Positions 57,184-64,000 of a stretch of DNA of 64,000 nucleotides are shown here, one piece after another. The notes beneath the pieces were generated by a model that had not been told where the DNA came from, ran no database searches, and saw only the letters and a list, made by a program, of their open reading frames with translations. The position numbers were made by a program, and so were the translations under genes. The number at the start of each line of letters is the position of its first letter. Position 1 is the first letter of the stretch. The stretch spans positions 480,001 to 544,000 of the forward strand of contig CAXWPH010000014.1 of assembly GCA_963666055.2 (NCBI GenBank), given 5' to 3'. This stretch comes from Acidobacteriota bacterium (GTDB lineage Bacteria > Acidobacteriota > UBA890 > WLXD01).

Positions 57184-58578
57184 TTGCCGGCAGGAGACCT
57201 GACTAGGGGAAACAATTCCGCAGGCACGATTCATCAACTTCTACGGTCGGGGGCGCTCGTGCTAGCGGTCCTTGCGCTGCTGGCTTTCGAGGGCGCAGCG
57301 CTCGCGGCGCAGCAGTCGCATGAGCCGGCAGCGGGTGGCCCGGCCGCCGTCACGTTCACCCGGGACGTTGCGCCGATCCTGCAGGAGAACTGCCAGATCT
57401 GCCATCGGCCGGGCTCGGTCGGGCCGATGTCGCTGCTCACCTATCGACAGGTCAGGCCCTACGCACGAACCATCAAGGACAAAGTGGCGGCGCAGGAAAT
57501 GCCTCCGTATCACCTCGATACGGGTGTCGGGATCCAGGCGATCAAGAATGACTGGAGGTTGAGCGAGCAGGAGATCGCGACCATCGTCGCTTGGGTCGAT
57601 ACGGGAGCCGCGGAGGGCGACCCGGCGGACATGCCAGCCGCGGTGGAATGGCCGGACTTCAGAAAATGGCAGCTCGAAGACCGGTTGGGCAAGCCGGATC
57701 ACGTGATCAAGTCGAAGCCCTTTATGGTGCCGGCCGAGGGGGGCGACTTGTGGTGGCGTCCGCGGGTGGAGACGGGGCTCACCGAGGATCGACTGATTCG
57801 GGCCTTTGAAACCCGGCCCTCCTTCCCCGCCGGCCGTCAAGCGGTGCACCACGCCATCCCTCGACTGTTGACGCAAAACGACGAAGGCGAGTGGGTCCGT
57901 ACCGGGAGCCTTTCGGAATATGCCATGGGCAAGATCGGGGAGATCCTCCCGGCCGACGCCGCCCGTCTGCTGCCGGCGAACGCGATGATCGAATGGGACG
58001 CCCACTACTACCCGATGGGCTATGTCGTTGAGGACGATCAGCTCGAGCTTGGCCTCTGGTTCTATCCCGACGGCTACGAGGCGGATTTCATGCAGAATCT
58101 GAACCTTTATCCGCTGCAGGGTGACATCGCCCTGGCGCCGGGTGGGACCGCGATGACCCAGGGCTTCCACCGGTGGAATCATCCGGTTCGCCTCGATAGC
58201 TTCCAGCCGCACGGGCATGTGCACCTCCATGCGATGTCCATGGAAGCGATTTATCCCGATGGTTCCCGGGAGCTCCTCAGTATGGTGAGCAACTTCGACG
58301 CGAGATGGCACCACAGCTACATCTATGAGGACGATACGGCTCCTATGTTGCCGACGGGCACTGTCCTGGTTCTCACCGCGTGGTACGACAACACGGAGGC
58401 CAACCCACTGACTCCCGATGCGGAAGTGTGGTACGCGCGAGGCAGCCGTACGACGGACGAGATGTCACACGCCTGGCTCGCCATAACCCACCTCGACGAA
58501 GACGGCTACGAGCGACTGGTTACCGAGAGGGAACGGAAGAAAGAAGCGGCCGCCCAAGACAGCGACGGGAGAAACTGA
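57184..58578 (+). CDS. Cytochrome c + copper monooxygenase-like domain protein (start uncertain)
   Basis: DVAPILQENCQICH, MPP, VHH, HGH, DEM. Confidence 0.82.
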   Translation: MPAGDLTRGNNSAGTIHQLLRSGALVLAVLALLAFEGAALAAQQSHEPAAGGPAAVTFTRDVAPILQENCQICHRPGSVGPMSLLTYRQVRPYARTIKDKVAAQEMPPYHLDTGVGIQAIKNDWRLSEQEIATIVAWVDTGAAEGDPADMPAAVEWPDFRKWQLEDRLGKPDHVIKSKPFMVPAEGGDLWWRPRVETGLTEDRLIRAFETRPSFPAGRQAVHHAIPRLLTQNDEGEWVRTGSLSEYAMGKIGEILPADAARLLPANAMIEWDAHYYPMGYVVEDDQLELGLWFYPDGYEADFMQNLNLYPLQGDIALAPGGTAMTQGFHRWNHPVRLDSFQPHGHVHLHAMSMEAIYPDGSRELLSMVSNFDARWHHSYIYEDDTAPMLPTGTVLVLTAWYDNTEANPLTPDAEVWYARGSRTTDEMSHAWLAITHLDEDGYERLVTERERKKEAAAQDSDGRN

Positions 58579-58592
58579 CAAGGAAACAGACG

Positions 58593-59033
58593 ATGAAGAG
58601 TCGCATGCTCTTGGGCAGTCTCGTCTTTGCGCTTTCGGCGCTGAGCGTGGCACTCCTCGAGGCCCAGCAGGTGCAGAGGCTTCCCCTGGCGCCGCGACCA
58701 CCCAGCGGCGAGCCGGTAGCGCCGTTTTTCGAAGGCTGGTATGCGAACCCGGACGGCACATACACCTTCTCGTTCGGTTACTTCAATTTGAACACAGAGG
58801 AGACGCTCGATATTCCCCTTGGGGAGGACAACTTCATTGAACCAGCCGAGTTCGATGGGAACCAGCCAACGTACTTCCCCGTCGATCCACGTCGAGACCG
58901 GGGTATCTTCACGGTGACTGTGCCGGCGTCTTTTGCAGATGGAGAGCAACGGGTTGTCTGGACCATCCGTAGTAACGGCGTGACCTATTCGGTTCCGATT
59001 GTGACTTTGGGATATAATTCCCTTTGTCAATGA
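58593..59033 (+). CDS. Secreted hypothetical protein, probably C-terminally truncated
   Basis: Signal peptide, PFFEGWYANPDGT..FGYFN; abrupt AT-rich end overlapping the next gene. Confidence 0.6.
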   Translation: MKSRMLLGSLVFALSALSVALLEAQQVQRLPLAPRPPSGEPVAPFFEGWYANPDGTYTFSFGYFNLNTEETLDIPLGEDNFIEPAEFDGNQPTYFPVDPRRDRGIFTVTVPASFADGEQRVVWTIRSNGVTYSVPIVTLGYNSLCQ

Positions 59034-60628
59034 CTCGCGTGCCGTCCGGAAGGAGGTCGTTCTTGAAGCTCCGTATAGCCATTCTCGTGATCCTCGGTGT
59101 GGTGGTGGCCGCAGGTGCAGCGGCGAACGCCCAGTTCGAGAGTGTGGGGGTTATCGACTTCCCCACCTCCGCGACGGGGGAAGTGCAACAGCACTTCCTG
59201 CGCGGCGTCTCGATCTTGCACAGCTTCGGCTGGAAGCAGGCGATCGGGCAGTTCCAAGCAGCGCAAGAGCTGGACCCGAACTTCGCGATGGCCTACTGGG
59301 GCGAGACGCTCTGCTACAACCATCCGCTGATGGGCGAGGCGGACGTGGAATCGCCGCGGGCGGTGCTGGCGCGGCTAGCGCCGACGCGTGCCGAGCGCCT
59401 CGCCAAGGCCCCAACCGATCGCGAGAAGGGTCTGCTGAACGCGGTCGAGATTCTCTGGGGCGATGGCGACTGGCGCGATCGGCGCGTCGGTTACATGGAG
59501 GCGATGGGCGAGCTCCGTGAGCAGTACCCGGACGACGACGAGATCGCGACGTTTTATGCCGTGTCGATGCTGAGTGCGGCGCGGGCGCGCGGTGACCAGA
59601 GTCTCAGGTTGGAGGTGAGAGCAGGCACGATCGCGCTCGATGTATTCAACAGAAACCGAAAGCACCCCGGCGCGGCGCACTACACGATCCACTCGTTCGA
59701 TGACCCGATCCACGCGCCGCTCGCGCTGCCGGCCGCGCTGGCGTTCGCAGAGATCGCACCGTTGGTCTCCCATGCTCGTCACATGCCGACCCACATCTTC
59801 ATCCAACACGGCATGTGGAATTACGTGGGCGATCACAACCAGTCGGCATACGAAGCCGCGAGAGAGCTATGGATGCCGGGTGACAGCGTCTCGGCCACGG
59901 TCCATGCCCTCGACTGGGGCCAGTACGGCGATCTACAGCGTGGCGACTACGCCAAGGCGAGCGAGTGGATCGACCGCTTGACAATGGTGAACGAAGAGGC
60001 CGCCGGCGCCGGCCGCGCCGCGCGCAGTCTTCCCCTCCTCAAAGCCCGCTACATCGTCGAAACCGAAGAATGGAAAACGGCGCCGATCACCGAAGAGTCC
60101 TCGGCCCCCGAGCTCTTGGCAACCGGACTGAGCGCGGTAAGAACGGCCGACCTCGTCATCGCCGAGAAGGCGGCGGCGGCGCTGAAGAAGCTCGTGGAGT
60201 CCGGGGGTGGTGCCGGTGGCGGCGCGCCGCCGACGCGCATCATGTACCGGGAAGTCATGGCTTCCATCCACGCCGCGAAGGGCGAGGCCGAACAGGCGAT
60301 CGAGCTGATGGACGAAGCCGTCGAGATCATGCGCCCGATGCGCGCCCCGAACGGCGCAGCGAATCCCGTGAAGCCGGCGTACGAGCTCTACGGCGAGATC
60401 CTGCTCGAGCTCGACCGGCCGGAAGAGGCGATAGAGAAACTCGAGATGTCCCTGCTGCGGATGCCCAACCGGCCGCGATCGCTGCTGGGTCTCGCCCGCG
60501 CCTATGTACGCACGGGTGACCGCAAACGCGCCGCCGAGCAGTACCGGAAACTGACCGAGGTCTGGGAGGGTCGTGACGCGTTCCCGGGCTTGCAGGAGGC
60601 AAAACGATTCCTGCACGAGATCGCGTAA
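59030..60628 (+). CDS. Secreted TPR protein
   Basis: FLRGV..LHSF, LDPNFAMAYWG, HPGAAHY.IH, HARHMPTHIF. Confidence 0.88.
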   Translation: MTRVPSGRRSFLKLRIAILVILGVVVAAGAAANAQFESVGVIDFPTSATGEVQQHFLRGVSILHSFGWKQAIGQFQAAQELDPNFAMAYWGETLCYNHPLMGEADVESPRAVLARLAPTRAERLAKAPTDREKGLLNAVEILWGDGDWRDRRVGYMEAMGELREQYPDDDEIATFYAVSMLSAARARGDQSLRLEVRAGTIALDVFNRNRKHPGAAHYTIHSFDDPIHAPLALPAALAFAEIAPLVSHARHMPTHIFIQHGMWNYVGDHNQSAYEAARELWMPGDSVSATVHALDWGQYGDLQRGDYAKASEWIDRLTMVNEEAAGAGRAARSLPLLKARYIVETEEWKTAPITEESSAPELLATGLSAVRTADLVIAEKAAAALKKLVESGGGAGGGAPPTRIMYREVMASIHAAKGEAEQAIELMDEAVEIMRPMRAPNGAANPVKPAYELYGEILLELDRPEEAIEKLEMSLLRMPNRPRSLLGLARAYVRTGDRKRAAEQYRKLTEVWEGRDAFPGLQEAKRFLHEIA

Positions 60629-60644
60629 TCAAAGGAGATCGACG

Positions 60645-61808
60645 ATGGCGAACAAGATGACGCGCCGAGAGGTGGTCGGAGGAGGCGCAGTGATCGCCGG
60701 GGCGGCGACGTTCGGCGCCCCGGAATGGGCGCTTGCGTTGTTGGCCCAGGAGGAAACCCTCGTCCCGTTCACGGACATGCCCGACGAGTACAACACGAAT
60801 CCCTCCCCGATCGTTCGATTCGTCGACATCCGCAATATCAACGACTTTTTCACGCCGGCGGACGAGTTCTTCACGATCCAGCACTACGGCCAGCCGGAGG
60901 TCAACGCTTCGAGCCACCAGCTCGAGATCAGCGGGCTCGTTTCGCGTCCTCAGAAGGTCTCAATGGCCGATATTCGGCGCCGACCGCGAATCGAATTGGC
61001 CTGCGCCTACGAGTGCTCGGGCAACAGCGGGCGCCGCTTCCACGGCTTGGTCAGCAACGGCCTGTGGGGCGGCACCAGCCTGAAGGCGCTGTTGGAGGAC
61101 ATCGGCCTGGAGCCCCCCGGACGGGAGGTCGTTTTCTTCGGTGCCGACCGCGCCGAGGAGACGATCACGATCCGCGGCAGGAGCTGGGATGTGGAGCAGC
61201 AATTCGCCCGCAGCCTGTCGCTCGAAGACGCCCTGAGCGATGACACGATGCTCGCCTACGAGCTCAACGGCGAGCCGCTGACGGTCAACCAAGGGGCGCC
61301 GTTGCGGCTCATCGTCCCCGGTTGGTACGGCGTCGCGCAGGTGAAGTGGTTGGAGCAGATCCACGTGCAGAGAGACCGGTTCATGGGCAAGTTCATGGCC
61401 AGGGAGTACGTGACTCTGCGTGACGAAGCGGTCGGGGACAATTTCAAGGCCACCGAGACTTCAATCACCCGCATCAAGCTCAAGTCGGTCATCTCTCGTG
61501 TGACGCGCGCCCCGGCCCATCACACGATCCACGGCTTCGCACTCACCGACGGCACGCCGCTCGACAGGATTGAAGTGCAAATCGACGACGGGCTGTGGAA
61601 CCGTGCCACTCTCGATGAGCGCAACACGCGGTATTCGTGGCAGCTCTTTACCTACCGGTGGGAAGGAGCGACCTCTGGGGAGCACACCATGACCTCCCGC
61701 GCGATCGACACCGACGGCAGGGTCCAGCCAGCACAAACCGATCTCGAGGCAAAGAAAACGACGTGGGAAAATAACGGTCAGTTTCCGCGCCGCGTGATGA
61801 TTTCCTAG
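60645..61808 (+). CDS. Sulfite oxidase-family molybdoenzyme (Tat-exported)
   Basis: TRRE signal, ECSGN, GAPLRLIVPGWYG..VKW. Confidence 0.92.
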   Translation: MANKMTRREVVGGGAVIAGAATFGAPEWALALLAQEETLVPFTDMPDEYNTNPSPIVRFVDIRNINDFFTPADEFFTIQHYGQPEVNASSHQLEISGLVSRPQKVSMADIRRRPRIELACAYECSGNSGRRFHGLVSNGLWGGTSLKALLEDIGLEPPGREVVFFGADRAEETITIRGRSWDVEQQFARSLSLEDALSDDTMLAYELNGEPLTVNQGAPLRLIVPGWYGVAQVKWLEQIHVQRDRFMGKFMAREYVTLRDEAVGDNFKATETSITRIKLKSVISRVTRAPAHHTIHGFALTDGTPLDRIEVQIDDGLWNRATLDERNTRYSWQLFTYRWEGATSGEHTMTSRAIDTDGRVQPAQTDLEAKKTTWENNGQFPRRVMIS

Positions 61809-61835
61809 CCCGGCGGAAGACCAAGACAAAGAAAT

Positions 61836-61910
61836 TGGCTGGGACGCAGGGATTCGAACCCCGATTCTACGGTCCAGAGCCGTATGTCCTGCCTATTGGA
61901 CGACGTCCCA
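61836..61910 (-). tRNA. tRNA-Gln(CTG)
   Basis: TGGGACG..TACGG-CTCTGGA-CCGTA..GGTTCGAATCC..CGTCCCAGCCA. Confidence 0.95.
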
Positions 61911-61962
61911 GCCGGCAAACGGAAGTCTAGGCCGCCAAAAGCACGGTCGCAATCACACGGAA

Positions 61963-64000
61963 ATGCGCCTTCGTGTGGCGCCGACAATCGATTTTCGCCA
62001 TCATCTGGGCGTGCGCACCCCGAAAGTACCATTCGATACCGGCACCCCGCGTCTCGAGCTGTGCCTGCTGTACGTCTTGTTCGTCGCCGCCGGGCTATTG
62101 CAGGCTGAAGGCGCCGCGGTGCAGGCCCGCCCGGGCGAGGTGGCCGGTCGCGTCGTGGACTTCGACGGCACACCGCTTCCCGGGCTCGCCGTGCGGCTGG
62201 AAGGGCCGTTTCCACAAAACACCACACGCGAGCTGGTTGCCGACGCCAACGCCCGCTTCGTGTTTCGCGACACGCCGCCGGGACGCTACCGACTGGCGAT
62301 CGAGCTCACCGGTGTGGACGCCGGCAGCGATCTCGACGTCATCGTGACGGCAGGAACGCGCGTCGAAACAACGCTGGTGCTGAACCTGCGGGGTACAGAT
62401 ATCAACGTCATCGTGCAGGCTCGGGCGCTGCGCGTTGAAGACGCCGATCTCGTCGACCCGGAGTCGACCGCAGGGCGGCGCATCGTACCAGGAACGACGA
62501 TCAACTGGCTGCCCTTGCCGGCGGAGCAGGCCCTAGAGGTGCTCCCGCTGATGCCCACGGTGATCCGCTCCGACAGCGGCCAACTAGCGATCGACGGCAC
62601 GTTGGTGACCGATTCGGTGATGCTCTTCAACGGCATCGACCTGATGGATCCCTACTCGGGTGAGTACCGGGTTCGCCTGCCGCTCGAGTCCATCGATCGC
62701 GTCGACCTGTATACCGGTGTGGTGCCAGCACAATACGGCGACACGGTGGGCGCCGTCGTCGATATCAGTACGTTGCCCGGCGCCGAGAGCTGGGGGTGGG
62801 GTGTTGCCAGTTTCGTTCCGAGGCCGCGGTTTCGGGACGGCACAATACAGGGCATCGGCAATGCATCTCCCCGCCTGTGGGTTTCCGGTCCGATCAAGCC
62901 GGGCGAAACGTACATGGCCATTTCCGCCGAGTATCACTTCGATCGCATCGACGTGCAGGACGTGCCGGGCGATCCGGCGCAAGATCACGTCAAGGTAGAG
63001 GGGTGGGACGCCACGGCGCAGGTGGATTGGCGACCCAACGACCAGCACAGCTTCATGGTTTCGGGCCTGGCGTTTCCGCAGCACGACAAGTTCGTCGGCC
63101 TCGACGGGCTTACACCACCGGAGGCGACCTTCAACGTCGAGCGCGATGCCGAGGCGCTGTTCGCCAAGCACACGTATCGAGGCGACCGTAACCGGTCGCT
63201 CGAGACCATGATCCAGTACAACCGCATCGGCATTCGCTCGGAGCCGCAGGGAGCGGCGCCGTACGAAGTCCTGACCGACGGGTTCGGCGGCAACCAGTTT
63301 CACCGTGAGGACCGGCAGACGACCCACACACAGATTCAGGTGAACTACTCGCGACGGCCGGAGCGGTGGCGGCGAAAGGTCGCACCTGGTCCAGATCGGC
63401 GCCGACTTTCATCGTCTCCACCTGAGCGGCCAGTTTGCCAACGATACGATTCTGGTGCGGGGCGTGGATGGCCGACTGCTGCAGAGGGTCGATTTCACCG
63501 ACTCGCCTGACCTCTCGTACAGCAAGTACGAGTGGGCCGGTTACTTCCAAGACCGCTGGACCCACAGCGACAGATTCTGGTGGGATATCGGAGTGCGTCT
63601 TTCGGGGGACTCGTTTACCGATACGGTGGTTCGCATCGGGCCGCGGATCGGCGTCGCATGGGATCCCGTGGGCGACCGGCGCACGCTGCTGAAGGCCGGC
63701 GCCGGGATCATGTATCGACGGGTTTACCTGGGGAAGATTCTCTGGGAAGATCTGCCGGTTCGCCTGGAGACGACGTTCGCAGAAGACGGCAGCGCAACCT
63801 TGGTTCCCCTCGTAGCTGCGCGCGACGAGAAGCTCTCGGCGCCCCGCACGCTCTTGTTCACCGGCGACTTCAGCCATCGGCTCGAGTCGGGCTGGCTTTT
63901 TCGCACCAAGCTCTCGCATCGCAGTGGCAGCGACAACATCATTGCCGAACGCGTCGAGCCACCCGGTGTCGCCCTCGAAGACGACGATCCATTGCCGTTC
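61963..64000 (+). CDS. TonB-dependent receptor with carboxypeptidase-regulatory N-domain; partial, +1 frameshift near 63360
   Basis: GRVVD..G.PLPG, plug domain; shifted frame continues AGYFQDRW..GPRIGVAWD..LLKAGAG to the edge. Confidence 0.85.

Noticed and set aside
1-64000. CRISPR array, rRNA or riboswitch
   Set aside because: No regularly spaced repeats, cas genes or recognisable RNA motifs seen by eye; a covariance-model scan was not possible.

Overview
GC-rich bacterial window. The PadR + ADOP permease pair, PQQ-type propeller and carboxypeptidase-regulatory-type TonB receptor point to Acidobacteriota (inference). Three parts. (1) 1-12 kb: housekeeping and accessory genes, including a PadR/ADOP pair, an amber-interrupted M14 peptidase, and a CxxCH-bearing porin-like gene behind tandem MntR/DtxR-like boxes. 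(2) About 12-36.6 kb: a composite integrative island 3' of an intact tRNA-Glu(CTC). It holds an IS6, three orphan tRNA 3' fragments (Thr, fMet, Leu), a capsid-less satellite-like element (tyrosine integrase, two different primase modules, TerS/TerL), a type I R-M operon with an embedded GmrSD-like gene, and a large serine recombinase whose C-terminus is encoded by the tRNA antisense strand. (3) 36.7-64 kb: core genes. The main highlights are a 2916-aa single-polypeptide fusion of FixC-FixX-ACAD(degenerate)-ACAD-EtfB-EtfA and an unannotated UxxC selenoprotein glutaredoxin with a SECIS-like hairpin upstream of a DUF547 lipoprotein. Five +1 frameshifts in short homopolymers probably reflect consensus errors. 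All family calls come from motif recognition by eye; no searches were run.
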